The notes beneath the pieces were generated by a model. It searched no databases and was not told the origin of the DNA. It worked only from the letters and a program-made list of their open reading frames with translations. Below are positions 20,899 through 31,065 of a DNA stretch of 64,000 nucleotides, one piece after another. Positions within the stretch are counted from its first letter, which is position 1. The number at the start of each line of letters is the position of its first letter. The DNA lies in the IMG/VR virus record IMGVR_UViG_3300043427_003402; one strand, given 5' to 3'. Origin of the DNA: a virus. A program made the position numbers and the translations under genes.

Positions 20899-21858
20899 CT
20901 AAGCGCCGTAGATTTTGATGTTGTGCACCGTAATGTAGCCTTTATCCATGAGTTCAGTACCGCCTACGGTAAGCGGATAAAAATTGATATTAACTCTAAT
21001 TTTTCTAAATTCCTCGTTTTGTAGCTCAAAGTTTAAGCTAGGAGTCATACTCTGCAGACTCGTGGTTGCACCGAAGTCAACGTCTAACGGAGAACCTAGC
21101 TGCACCCAGCTCCCACCGTAGTCCGGGCCGTCTGCGGTCTGTATCATTCCGGCATACATACCCTCTACTACAACCCGGACTAAACCGTGTCCAGTAGCCT
21201 CTACCACAAGTGCTGTTATGTTTTTAGCTACAGGAAGCGCGATGCCAACCATAAAACTATCTACAATAATTTCAGATTGCGCACCGTAACCGTCGCCGTA
21301 GTAGCCGCCGTGACTCAACGCATAAATACCGCCGCTTTGGGTGTTTGCGTCAAACGCCTCGTACGCCTCACCCGTGCTTGTTTCAACATTCCAGTAACGG
21401 TTGCCGTACAAGTAAGCGTCACTAGCGTTCATAGAGGTCATAAGCCACGCGCTGTAGCCATTTGAGTTATTGCTTGTCATGTTGGGCAAAATTAACTCGC
21501 CTGCCCCTACGCCGCCGCCACTGTTATCGTTACCGCTGCTAAGCGTAACAAAGGAAGCAAGAAACTCGGTGCCGGGGCCGCCTGCAAGTCCAGAGTCAAG
21601 TGAAACTTGAATCTCGTGAGCAGCCTCTGCGAGCACCTGGATGACGACTGCGCGAAGCAGTCTGCCCGTGATGGCGTCTTTAACTTCAATCGTAGCAGTG
21701 CCCTCTTCCAGCGCAGTAATCACGCCAGAAGGGCTAACACTGACCACGTCCTGCTGCTGGGGTGAAGGCACCACGTAGAGCACGGAGGCGTCTATCCCGC
21801 CGCCCTCAAAGTCTGCGTTAAGGTCTATCTGGTCGCCGACCGCCAATTTTTTCTTCAT
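20899..21858 (-). CDS. Ig-like anchor + discoidin-like domain protein
   Basis: N-terminal module; PNMTSN...AYEAFD motif. Confidence 0.65.
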   Translation of the reverse strand: MKKKLAVGDQIDLNADFEGGGIDASVLYVVPSPQQQDVVSVSPSGVITALEEGTATIEVKDAITGRLLRAVVIQVLAEAAHEIQVSLDSGLAGGPGTEFLASFVTLSSGNDNSGGGVGAGELILPNMTSNNSNGYSAWLMTSMNASDAYLYGNRYWNVETSTGEAYEAFDANTQSGGIYALSHGGYYGDGYGAQSEIIVDSFMVGIALPVAKNITALVVEATGHGLVRVVVEGMYAGMIQTADGPDYGGSWVQLGSPLDVDFGATTSLQSMTPSLNFELQNEEFRKIRVNINFYPLTVGGTELMDKGYITVHNIKIYGA

Positions 21859-21994
21859 GGTACAGCCTTTCTTTGTGCTAACTTCAACAGTAATTATCTT
21901 CGCTTACAGTATAGCACTTGCAGGTAGGCATATCGGCGCGTGTGCGAACGCTTTTACGAAGGTTAATTTGACAAGCTATAAGCCGGCACCTGCC

Positions 21995-22029
21995 AAAAAA
22001 CAACGACCCCAGCCGAAGCTGGGGTCGTC
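21995..22029 (-). terminator. Rho-independent terminator
   Basis: ACGACCCCAGC/GCTGGGGTCGT stem with a T-run on the minus strand. Confidence 0.75.
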
Positions 22030-22062
22030 AGTCAGACTACCATTAGGAACTTTAGCTTACCC

Positions 22063-22395
22063 TTAGAATACCTGAGGTGGCTCCTCTTCTTCTTCCTCCT
22101 CAAGCCCGTCAATCGTAATGTCGAGCAAGCCTCGGGCTTCCATTTCAACTGCTTCCAGTTCTTCGTCTGTCAAAACTTTAACAATAACCGTTGCAATGGG
22201 AGCGTCGTTGGCAGTCTCGGTTACATACACCACCGCAGTGCCATGATCAAGTGCCGTTACTACGCCTGCGGCATCAACTGAAATAATGGCTTGTTGTGCT
22301 TCAGATACCGAATACGTAAGCCCGGCGTCTTCCTCATTTTCACCAAGTTGAAAGTTTAAGTCGAGCGTGTCGCCCACACTAAGTTTATACTGCAT
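22063..22395 (-). CDS. stand-alone Ig-like anchor module with acidic tail
   Basis: Contains only the shared N-terminal module plus a poly-Glu tail. Confidence 0.65.
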   Translation of the reverse strand: MQYKLSVGDTLDLNFQLGENEEDAGLTYSVSEAQQAIISVDAAGVVTALDHGTAVVYVTETANDAPIATVIVKVLTDEELEAVEMEARGLLDITIDGLEEEEEEEPPQVF

Positions 22396-22406
22396 TTGTT
22401 TGCCTC

Positions 22407-23807
22407 CTACAGTCCGCTAACTAGGGTATCGTCAAAACCTGAGATTTGCAAAAATGCAATCTCCATGTTCTGGACGCTAGACACGATTCTAAACGCCCCG
22501 TATTTTGTAGATTTTTCAATAGGGAATGTCATAAGCGTATTTACTTGCCAGGACGAATTGCCGCCCGCATAAATACTTTCCCAAGTACCAGACGAAGTAA
22601 ACCCTTGTAGCGTGAAATACTTAGGAATTGCAGCGGCGGTAGAGCCAGACTTTATGCTAATTACTTTTGCCACCATTTGTTTATTTAAACCGAGCGGCGG
22701 CATAAAAGTTAAAGAACTTTTCCAGCTGTTAGGGAGGGCTTGGTTAAAAGCGTTAGCTGAATCTGCAATAAACGGGAGTGCAGCGTTTGACGCAAACGCC
22801 AACCACGGGAAATTGGCACCCAAGTAAGGGCCAGACATAATAAGGCCGCTACTTGTGTGTGTAAAAGTACCGGAAGAAGGCTCAGTGACACCAGTCCCGT
22901 TTGCGTCAATCTCTGGTGAAAGAACCGTCATCTGGTTTGAAAATACTTCAAGTTTTGTAATTGCCATCTTGTCCGGGCTATGCAGCCGAATAGCCTTAAA
23001 CGTCTTTAGCGAGTTTGGACCGCGCGTCAAAAATTCGCGCGTTTCGTTTGGCTTCCAGACTTTACCGTACGTGCCCAGCGAACCTGCTACCTGAAGGTCA
23101 ACCCAAGTACCGTCTTTACCGTTAGTGGTGTCGTTTGAGCCCTCAAGATAAAAGCTGGTAGGCGCCATGTTGGCAATCTCTTGTGATCCCGAACATGTGA
23201 TCCTAATTTTATAAATCACCTTGGCCGAGCCAAAATCTATACCCACGTAAAAACGCTTCTTAGGGCTAAAGGTAGCCTTTTCAAAAAACGCGCTGTCAGC
23301 AGAACGAAAGTAGTCAGCGTTAGTGTTAAACATTGCGTGCGCGCCGTTAGCGGCAGCAGTGCCTTCGCCAAACAATTTTACAGACGAGTTTGAAACGGTA
23401 TAAACTCCTGCTGAGCCCGGCGTACCCGCCAGAGTCAGGTTAGTTGGTGAAATCAGTACGGCGCTTCTTGCTAGCTTAGCCACTGAAGTGGCCGCTCCAG
23501 TCGTCACTGTCGCTGCTTTTGCGGTTACAGTAGCGGAAGGGGCGACGACAGGAGCTGTAACTTTAATAATAGCGGTCCCGATAATCAGCGGGTTTGGTCC
23601 TGGCGTCGAAATTGTAACTGTTGTAGTCCCAACAGCTTTAGCCGTAACAACACCCGATGCGTTGACTGTAGCTATGCTTGAATTTGCGGTTGTGTAAACA
23701 ACGCTGGAGTCTTGGGCCGCGTTAGCGTCTGGATACTTATAGTTTAAATCTTTAGTTTGATTCAAGGTCATGTCGTATGTGACTGACGTAGACTTCTTTT
23801 TTGCCAT
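22407..23807 (-). CDS. Big_2 domain + two discoidin-like domains
   Basis: SSIATVNASGVVTAKAVGTTTVT (Big_2); PTSFYLEGSND and PKYFTLQG motifs. Confidence 0.7.
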   Translation of the reverse strand: MAKKKSTSVTYDMTLNQTKDLNYKYPDANAAQDSSVVYTTANSSIATVNASGVVTAKAVGTTTVTISTPGPNPLIIGTAIIKVTAPVVAPSATVTAKAATVTTGAATSVAKLARSAVLISPTNLTLAGTPGSAGVYTVSNSSVKLFGEGTAAANGAHAMFNTNADYFRSADSAFFEKATFSPKKRFYVGIDFGSAKVIYKIRITCSGSQEIANMAPTSFYLEGSNDTTNGKDGTWVDLQVAGSLGTYGKVWKPNETREFLTRGPNSLKTFKAIRLHSPDKMAITKLEVFSNQMTVLSPEIDANGTGVTEPSSGTFTHTSSGLIMSGPYLGANFPWLAFASNAALPFIADSANAFNQALPNSWKSSLTFMPPLGLNKQMVAKVISIKSGSTAAAIPKYFTLQGFTSSGTWESIYAGGNSSWQVNTLMTFPIEKSTKYGAFRIVSSVQNMEIAFLQISGFDDTLVSGL

Positions 23808-23920
23808 TTTTTACTCCTTAGTAAGGTAGTGGGGCTCGCCATTTTATTGCCATGATGAAGTTTAACAATGGCGGCCCCTGTGGAGCACAAACCTTTCGGC
23901 TTAGCCGAAGGAACCTAGTT

Positions 23921-25894
23921 TTAAAGAAGTCCTGACGGTGGGGTCCAGACTTCTTCTGTTTCTTCTTCAGGTGCAAAACCAAAGAGCTTAAAGCTGGCGT
24001 AGCCGTTCCATCCATTTACGTGATCTGAGGCGCCTGCCTGAAGCCTGAAGTGGGTATAAGCTCCCGCGTTTACAACGTCAAACGACCTAACTTCGCCGGC
24101 CGCTAAAGGTTGCTCGGTCGTGTCATACTCCGCTAGCGTTGTCCAGTTTGTAGACGAGTAGTATTTTGCATCTTCAGTGTCAATCCAGTTGTTTGTGCCC
24201 TGGAGCTTGTAGCTCTTAGGCGTAATCGAACCATAGGCAGCCCAATCGTTGTTTGTGTCCGTCCCAGCTGTAATTTCAAACCGAGTCGGTATTTTTTGCG
24301 TGCCGGTTGTGCTCTTTAGCGCAATCAGCGTTCCGTACCTAGAATAAAACGCAGTTGCGGGATCGTCATCCATGGCGAAGTGCGCAGACCCGTAGGGCGC
24401 GTACCAGGTTGCATCGAGCATGTAAATGCGATAACCACCAGCCTCGACGTAAACCTGGTTCTGATCCCCTGCATCTGTAATAACCGGGCCCCACACATTG
24501 CCGCTGTAGTCTGCCGCGTAATTCCAGACGCCGTACGGACTGAGCAAGGTTTCTTCCTGCGTGTCTACGCCGTAGAGCTTAAAGCCGGAAACTGCTACCC
24601 AGTCATTTTGATGATCACTGTCGCTCATTATGACACGGAAATGTTTGTAGGCCGGTGCGCCTGTTTGCACACTAAAAGCTTTGGTTTCACCAAGCTCCCA
24701 GGCTTGACCTTGAATGTCTATGTAGTCAATGGCGTGCCAATTCGTAGACGTAAATTCACGGGCATCGGCAAGATCAACCCAGTCGTTTGTTCCTTGCAAG
24801 CGGAAAATCTTAGGCACCTTAGACCCGTAAGTCGGAATTTCGTTGCCAGGATCAAGCGGTGCCGTTACCTCGAAACGAGTCAGAATTTTCTTAGCGGCGC
24901 CCTGGAAAATCATCCAAAGGCTATAACGCGTCCAAAAGTCTGTTGCAGTGTCGTTATCAAATGCGTTCCAGGCTAAGCCCGAAGGGTGATACGTGTTGGC
25001 GTCATAAATGGTGTAGCCATTTGCCTCTAAAGGCTGGCTTCCGGGTGTGCCGTTATACGCAGGGCCGGTGATGCCAAGCGGGCTGATCAGGTGGTCTTGG
25101 AAACCAAACACGCGCAGCTCTTTAATGTTGACCACGGGCTGAAGCCCGTTCGACTTGGTAACAATAAGACGATAGTGCTTAAACGCTTGAGGAACCAATA
25201 TAGGGTAGGTTTTTTCGTTGCCCGAAATCAGCATCTGATTGGTTTGCTCGTCAAGCGTAGTCCAGTTTGTTGAGGCAGGGTCCGCAAAATCGGCTTCACT
25301 GACCCACGTATTGGAGCCTTGAAAAATAAAATCGCGGGGCGCATTAACTCCCAAGTGGGCATACGCGTCGGCATCTGGCATAATGCCGTACATTACGGCA
25401 AGTTTTTGACTTTGACCCTTATAGCCAACAGCCGCCGGTAACCCGGCTTGCCAGCAAACAGCTTCGCTATGGGAGCCGTTGAACACCGTGTAAGGCGTTG
25501 CAGAAGAGCCGCTACCGTAGGCCGTGAAGTACGGGTTAATGTTGCCTGTCATGCCGGTAGGGCTGATCACGCTCACACCAGCCGGGACAATCGGTTCGAC
25601 GGCCGTTGACTCGACAACTACGACAGCGCCGCTGGCGATAGCTTTCTTAAGCTCCAGCTGCGCCGGCGTGTATACCGTGAAAACAATTTTTTTAAGAATT
25701 TTGTTGGTCACAGGGTTACGGATATACACAATACCAGTGCCAGGATTCAAAGCTGCGACGTTACCTGCGGCGTTAATTGAAAGTACCGCGTCGGATCCCG
25801 GTGCAAGCTCATAGATAACACTTTCATCTACAGGGCCGCCGTTAATAGCCACGTTAAGGTCAATAATTTGACCCACCGCTAGGTTTCGTTTCAT
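23921..25894 (-). CDS. Ig-like anchor + three discoidin-like repeats
   Basis: Three P+.F..QG(S/T)N.W......STNW...KH(Y/F)R-type repeats. Confidence 0.7.
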   Translation of the reverse strand: MKRNLAVGQIIDLNVAINGGPVDESVIYELAPGSDAVLSINAAGNVAALNPGTGIVYIRNPVTNKILKKIVFTVYTPAQLELKKAIASGAVVVVESTAVEPIVPAGVSVISPTGMTGNINPYFTAYGSGSSATPYTVFNGSHSEAVCWQAGLPAAVGYKGQSQKLAVMYGIMPDADAYAHLGVNAPRDFIFQGSNTWVSEADFADPASTNWTTLDEQTNQMLISGNEKTYPILVPQAFKHYRLIVTKSNGLQPVVNIKELRVFGFQDHLISPLGITGPAYNGTPGSQPLEANGYTIYDANTYHPSGLAWNAFDNDTATDFWTRYSLWMIFQGAAKKILTRFEVTAPLDPGNEIPTYGSKVPKIFRLQGTNDWVDLADAREFTSTNWHAIDYIDIQGQAWELGETKAFSVQTGAPAYKHFRVIMSDSDHQNDWVAVSGFKLYGVDTQEETLLSPYGVWNYAADYSGNVWGPVITDAGDQNQVYVEAGGYRIYMLDATWYAPYGSAHFAMDDDPATAFYSRYGTLIALKSTTGTQKIPTRFEITAGTDTNNDWAAYGSITPKSYKLQGTNNWIDTEDAKYYSSTNWTTLAEYDTTEQPLAAGEVRSFDVVNAGAYTHFRLQAGASDHVNGWNGYASFKLFGFAPEEETEEVWTPPSGLL

Positions 25895-25907
25895 GGTTGT
25901 CTCCTTT

Positions 25908-25938
25908 AAAAAAGGAAGGCCCCCGTAAGGGCCTTCCT
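25908..25938 (-). terminator. Rho-independent terminator
   Basis: AGGAAGGCCC/GGGCCTTCCT stem followed by a T-run on the minus strand. Confidence 0.75.
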
Positions 25939-25957
25939 CTGCTTACCACTTACAGAA

Positions 25958-28861
25958 TTACGCGAAGTAACGGAGTTCGACCATCACGCCCGCGTCAAGA
26001 GCCGAGAACGTGACCTTGGAGCCGTCTTCAGCGACTTCAAAGTGTACGTCGCGGCGCATCTTGCGACCGTCAATGTAGAATTCCACTGCCGCGCTGTTGG
26101 GGATTGCCGGAGCGCCAACGGGCTTGAGCAATTCCACTTCGCCGCCCACGGAGTTGTCGATGAACACCTCGCGGAAGGACTTGGCTTCCAAGGTGTCCAA
26201 GCGACCATCCAAAGCAACTTCTGCCGCTTCGGCGCGGGTCTGCTCGGCGCTGATCGCGTTCAACACGGTGGTGCTGAAGTTGGGGTCGTCACCCAACGCA
26301 GCCGCCAGCTCGTTCAAGGTGTCCAGCAACGCAGGCGCGCTGTCCACCAAGTCAGCGATCTTCTGGTCGGTGTACGCTTCCGCGCTCGAAAGCGTGGTCG
26401 CATCAGCCGCAGCAAAATCCGCGCGAATGTCAGCTTCTTCGTTCTGCGCACGCAGCACTTCGTTGTCAACGGCTGTTTGCAGCAGAGCGTCAGCAGCAGC
26501 GAAATCCAAACGAATGTCCGCCTCTTCGGCCATGGCGCGGGTTTCTTCCGCCATAATCTTGCCGTCCAAGACCAAGTCAGCCGCAGCAAAGTCGTTACGG
26601 ATGTCGAGCTCTTCGGCCATCGCGCGAGTCTCTTCAGCCGTAATGTTGGTTTGCAGCACGCCCTCAGCGGTCGTCGCACGAAGCTCTTCCGCTTCAACAT
26701 CCGCAACGCGGTCCAGGACTTCCTGCGCCAAGTTCGCGGAAATCACACCCTCGGCCGCAGTGGCGCGAAGCTCTTCATCCGTAATCTTGCCGTCCAAAAC
26801 CAAGTCCGCAGCGATGCGGGCAGCGGTTTCAGCAGCCAAGTCGCCGTTAGAAGACGAGTCCAACGCGGCGATCGCGTCATCGACGTACTTCTTGACAACG
26901 AGGTGCTCGTCAGCCTGAGGCATGACAGGCGCAAGGGTCTCGTCAAGCATGCTAATGCCGTCAGCAAGGAAGTTAACCGATACAAAGGTCTGATTATTAT
27001 CTGCGCTGGTCTCAACGCTGAGGCCACTTTGCTGAAGCATAAAATTGACGCCGCCGCCAAGCGTGCTATCGGAAATGCTCACTTCAAAATGATTTGTAAG
27101 CTCGTAGTGGCTGACGTGGGTTTCTGCCTCATAATGAAGTTGAATGCTTTCAGCACCAAGCGAAAGAGTGGAGTTGTTTGCGGAGCTGTCAAACGTAACA
27201 ACTCCATCGGTATCAATCGCGCCACCAGCCTTGTTGAACTTCAAGTCGATGTTAGCTTGCAAGGCGTCGCCTGCATCGTCAACATACTTCTTGACAACAA
27301 GGTGCTCGTCGTTAAGCGGCATCAATGGGTTGTTGGCACCATCGCGCAACTGCACACCATCCGGGTTAATGTCGAATTGGCTGTAGGTTGCATAATTGTC
27401 AGCAGTGCGCTCAATGTGGAATTCGTCTTTTTTAAACAGCGCATACACGCCGTTAGTGAGGTCATAACTGTCCAAGGATATACCGTCAATTTCGACCTGA
27501 AAATCACCCGCTTCGTCGCCGTTATTGAAATGGGTCTCAAAACGACCAACAGAAGCTTCAATATCACAGCTAGCCGGACCGTTTTCTGTAATCAACCGCA
27601 GGGTTTCACCCATGATGTTTTTGGCTTCAAAGCCCAGTTTGGTGCTACCGGCCGCGTCCGCGTCCAGCATCTGGAACACAAACTTCTGGGCCGCTTCATC
27701 CCACACCATGCCGGCATGCTCGCGCTCAACGCCAGCATCGCTACCACGGTGAATCGAGACACCCGCCAAGCCCGTAGGAACAGGATCATTTGCGCCAGCA
27801 GTCGCGGGCTCGTTCAGGTGAACCAAACGGTCGTTAACCACCATGTCCACGCTGTTCACGCTGGTCATGTTGCCGTTGATGACCAAGTCGCCCTGGACCG
27901 TCAGATTGCCCGAGGCCGTGACATCACCCGTGAAGGTTGACGTGCCAGCCACTTCCAGTGTGCCGGTAATTTCAACGTTACCGTCAATTTCGCCGCCAGC
28001 CTTGTCGTACTTCAAGCTGCTAAGGTCGGCTTCAGCCGCCAGCGCACGCGCAATTTCCTCGGCCAAGTCGCCGGCAATTTCGCCTTCTGCGGCAGTTGCA
28101 CGCTGAGTTTCGCTGTCGATCAGGCCCTGCAACGCGGTTTCGGCGGTTGTGGCGCGAAGCTCTTCCGCATCCACATCTGCAACGCGATCCAAAATCTCTT
28201 GAGCCAAGTTGGCAGCAATGACGCCTTCGGCAGCCAGCGCGCGAGCTTCCTCATTACTGACAGCTTGCTGGCGGTCAAGAACTTCCTGAATCAAATTGCT
28301 ATTGATAGTCGTTTCAACGGTTATGGCGCGAAGTTCCTCGGCATCCACATCTGCGATGCGATCCAAGATCTCCTGAGCCAAGTCGGCCGCAATGACGCCC
28401 TCGGCGGTCGTTGCGCGAAGCTCTTCGTCTTCAATCATGCCTTGCAGGACGTTATCCGCCGCAGCAAAATCCGCACGAATGGAGCCTTCCTCGGTCATTG
28501 CACGAGTCTGCTCTTGCTTAACTGAGTACGCAACCGAGCCTTGGAGGCTGTCAGCACCCTGCAAGGTGTCCAAACGGCCCTCGAGCGCTTCTTCCGCGGC
28601 CAACGCGCGGGTGACTTCTTCCGAAATCTGCACGTCAAGCGCGGCTTCAGCGGCCGACGCACGGTTCACTTCAGCCGTAACCGAAGCGACAATAGCAGCC
28701 AAGTCCGAAACCAGACCTGCAATTTTAGACTGTTGAATTGCAGCGTTTGCAGCAACCTTGCTGTCGCTGATAACACCCGCTGCAAGCAGACCTGCAACGA
28801 CGGAAGCTTCCTTACCGTGAAGGTTAAGGTCCATCTTCCTTACTGGAAAAAGTTGCGGCAT
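25958..28861 (-). CDS. coiled-coil fibre protein
   Basis: EE.RA..AE coiled-coil repeats; fibre motif LVDSAPALLDTLNELAAALGDDPNFSTT; KKYVD motifs. Confidence 0.75.
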   Translation of the reverse strand: MPQLFPVRKMDLNLHGKEASVVAGLLAAGVISDSKVAANAAIQQSKIAGLVSDLAAIVASVTAEVNRASAAEAALDVQISEEVTRALAAEEALEGRLDTLQGADSLQGSVAYSVKQEQTRAMTEEGSIRADFAAADNVLQGMIEDEELRATTAEGVIAADLAQEILDRIADVDAEELRAITVETTINSNLIQEVLDRQQAVSNEEARALAAEGVIAANLAQEILDRVADVDAEELRATTAETALQGLIDSETQRATAAEGEIAGDLAEEIARALAAEADLSSLKYDKAGGEIDGNVEITGTLEVAGTSTFTGDVTASGNLTVQGDLVINGNMTSVNSVDMVVNDRLVHLNEPATAGANDPVPTGLAGVSIHRGSDAGVEREHAGMVWDEAAQKFVFQMLDADAAGSTKLGFEAKNIMGETLRLITENGPASCDIEASVGRFETHFNNGDEAGDFQVEIDGISLDSYDLTNGVYALFKKDEFHIERTADNYATYSQFDINPDGVQLRDGANNPLMPLNDEHLVVKKYVDDAGDALQANIDLKFNKAGGAIDTDGVVTFDSSANNSTLSLGAESIQLHYEAETHVSHYELTNHFEVSISDSTLGGGVNFMLQQSGLSVETSADNNQTFVSVNFLADGISMLDETLAPVMPQADEHLVVKKYVDDAIAALDSSSNGDLAAETAARIAADLVLDGKITDEELRATAAEGVISANLAQEVLDRVADVEAEELRATTAEGVLQTNITAEETRAMAEELDIRNDFAAADLVLDGKIMAEETRAMAEEADIRLDFAAADALLQTAVDNEVLRAQNEEADIRADFAAADATTLSSAEAYTDQKIADLVDSAPALLDTLNELAAALGDDPNFSTTVLNAISAEQTRAEAAEVALDGRLDTLEAKSFREVFIDNSVGGEVELLKPVGAPAIPNSAAVEFYIDGRKMRRDVHFEVAEDGSKVTFSALDAGVMVELRYFA

Positions 28862-29017
28862 ACAAACCTCCTATAAAAAAAGGGAACGAGGCCGGCGGGA
28901 TGACCGGCCGCTATAAAATTATCGGCTAATGCTGCTAGCTTTTGAGCAATTTCGCGGTACGATTCCCTAGCCGCAGGGGCGCTCCGCACAAATTAACTAT
29001 CTTGCTATAACCTATGC

Positions 29018-29371
29018 TTAAGCGCCGTAAAAGCGAAGCTCAACGTCCTGACCAGGTAGCAACGGCGCAAAGTTAACGGAACCTCCGCCCGCTGCCACAG
29101 TAAATACCTTATCCGCGCCGCGCCGCACTTTCCGTCCATCTATGTACAGCTCGGTTGTCTCATTGTTAGGAATGGGCGGGCTAGAGGGCGGCTTAGCCAG
29201 TGACGTTTCTCCGCCGACGGCGCCATCAATGAACGCCGTGTACAGCTGAAGCGCTTCGGTCGTGCCCCCGCCGCCAGAGCCGCCAGAGCCGCTTGTTGCT
29301 AGGCTGTCCCCAGCGAGCGCTGTCGATGAGACAATCGCGTTGCCCTGTTCGTCAACAAAATAAAGCGGCAT
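29018..29371 (-). CDS. small virion protein paralogous to the C-terminus of the coiled-coil fibre
   Basis: FID..VGGE..L.KP...P.IPN....E.YIDGRK...VELR shared with 25958-28861. Confidence 0.65.
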   Translation of the reverse strand: MPLYFVDEQGNAIVSSTALAGDSLATSGSGGSGGGGTTEALQLYTAFIDGAVGGETSLAKPPSSPPIPNNETTELYIDGRKVRRGADKVFTVAAGGGSVNFAPLLPGQDVELRFYGA

Positions 29372-29383
29372 CGTCTACCCCTC

Positions 29384-29842
29384 TTAAAGGGTCTCTCCAG
29401 CAACGGAATAGGAGAACGCGCCCGCGTACTGTGAGACGTCAATTTGTAGCTGCAAGTGCCGGCCCTCGATGCCGTCCGTCGACATAATGTACGATCCGGT
29501 GTATGCGGGCAGTAGAAACCACGTGCGTGGCTCGCCGTCAATTATAATACTAACCCGCACGTCCCGTGCAACATCGTTATCAAACATCAACGACACAATC
29601 TTAAAATCGTTCTGCCGAGTGGCGTCGCCGACAACAATAGTCTGCGGTGCGGTGGCGCAGTCAATCGGGCCAGCAGCGGCTACAAAGTCTTGCTTTGCGG
29701 TTAATGTACCGCTCGCGTCAACCGGTAGGCCGCCCCCTACAATCGAGTAGTATAAGAACGTCAGAAGGTCGAGAATTTCGTTAAGCGACTTTTCCGAGCT
29801 GTAACCGTGCGAACGGTAATTAAATGAAGGCGGATTGTGCAT
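29384..29842 (-). CDS. hypothetical virion protein
   Basis: Beta-rich ORF tightly packed in the fibre operon. Confidence 0.55.
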   Translation of the reverse strand: MHNPPSFNYRSHGYSSEKSLNEILDLLTFLYYSIVGGGLPVDASGTLTAKQDFVAAAGPIDCATAPQTIVVGDATRQNDFKIVSLMFDNDVARDVRVSIIIDGEPRTWFLLPAYTGSYIMSTDGIEGRHLQLQIDVSQYAGAFSYSVAGETL

Positions 29843-29845
29843 GCG

Positions 29846-30418
29846 TTATATCACCAGCCACTCGTCGCCGGCAAAAACAAATGTCCGGCTGCCATAGGCT
29901 TCCGCCAGCACCAAAGCCGTCTGTCCGTCAATCCTTGTCCCGTCAACCGTGCTCACAGCGACAGGATTTACGTCTGCGTCACCTTTTGCGTCCTTTACGA
30001 CCACCTGCGTCCCGGTCGCAGCGGCCGCGGGCAAGCGCACGGAAAAAGGCTGCGGCTGCGAGCTCTTGCAGGCGACTACAGTTGAAGCGGCCGCAGAGTG
30101 TGGCGAGGTGGTCGCCACCGTGATGCTCGGTCCTGTGGTAGCGGGGTTGACCCCCGTCAAGGTGACCCAAGTCGTGCCGTCCCACATGTCGATTCGTGGG
30201 CCTGTGGGAGCCGCTTCGACCAGTACCCACTCGCCGGGCTGTAGGCCAGTCAACGTGCCGCGTGCCGTAAGCGTGGCGACGTTCCCGCGGAACTTACGCC
30301 GGGCGTCCATAAAATGTTGCACGTTGCCGACTGCCGCGCCGTCCCCTACCTCTACAGCTGTGAACGGTATGATGCGGTTAATGCCGATTATGCCGGCGCG
30401 TGTAGGATCGTAAGGCAT
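29846..30418 (-). CDS. short fibre/adaptor protein
   Basis: C-terminal LP....G..VVVKD.KG...IDG...YG..FV...W domain shared with 35801 and 37260. Confidence 0.6.
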   Translation of the reverse strand: MPYDPTRAGIIGINRIIPFTAVEVGDGAAVGNVQHFMDARRKFRGNVATLTARGTLTGLQPGEWVLVEAAPTGPRIDMWDGTTWVTLTGVNPATTGPSITVATTSPHSAAASTVVACKSSQPQPFSVRLPAAAATGTQVVVKDAKGDADVNPVAVSTVDGTRIDGQTALVLAEAYGSRTFVFAGDEWLVI

Positions 30419-30725
30419 GCTACGCTAAAGCCCTCAAACCGCCGGTACCTGCGAGCCGTTAAGAAGAGAAAAAGCGGTTAAGGTAATTATCATCAGCCTC
30501 GGTATGGTGTAACGGTTTAGCCCCGGTGGCGCCGCGTAGGTGTTGCGAGTCTCGGGTTCGCTTTCTAAACGTGCGGCTAAAGGGCATGCGATCCGCGGGG
30601 TAGCGGCTAGATTGTAAGCGTTCGGACTCAAGTTCTTCCCACGTAAAGTCTGACATACTTCCCCCCAACCTGCAAGCATACAAAAGGGGGCCGGAGCTTG
30701 CGGCCCCGGCCCTTGCGCTTTAAAC

Positions 30726-31037
30726 CTATTGAGGCTGCGCGTCCGGCGCGGGGGCAGGTGGCACGTGATTGTAAGTCGCCACGGCGGAAGCGTAGATGAT
30801 GATTGCGTTACACGCTTCCGTAACGAGCTGCGGCCAGTCCAGGCTTGAGAGCGAGCCGGCCAACCACGCGTTCAGGACGGCGCAGAGGACTGCCAAAAGC
30901 ATAGTGGTGGCTCGGATCGCCATCGCGTTACCGGAATTTACCGGGATGCTAGGCGCGTCTTTCACCTTTTGCGTCACAAGCGCAACAACGGGGCCCATCA
31001 ACAATGGCAGCACTGGGGCGAGGGAAGAGAAGTCCAT
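30726..31037 (-). CDS. putative holin
   Basis: ATG at 31037 with AAGGAG RBS; 2-3 hydrophobic segments; immediately downstream of the amidase. Confidence 0.6.
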   Translation of the reverse strand: MDFSSLAPVLPLLMGPVVALVTQKVKDAPSIPVNSGNAMAIRATTMLLAVLCAVLNAWLAGSLSSLDWPQLVTEACNAIIIYASAVATYNHVPPAPAPDAQPQ

Positions 31038-31065
31038 TTGTAGTCTCCTTCTAAAGTAAGGCGCG

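Noticed and set aside
26042-27940. 632-aa plus-strand ORF antisense to the fibre gene
   Set aside because: Shadow ORF expected from codon bias in the repetitive minus-strand gene; no RBS or domain-like sequence. The same applies to 37416-38450, 38565-39353 and other antisense ORFs.
30434-30683. Two overlapping small minus-strand ORFs (74 and 81 aa)
   Set aside because: Cannot choose a frame and no motif; a shorter product starting MSDFTWEEL is possible but unsupported.
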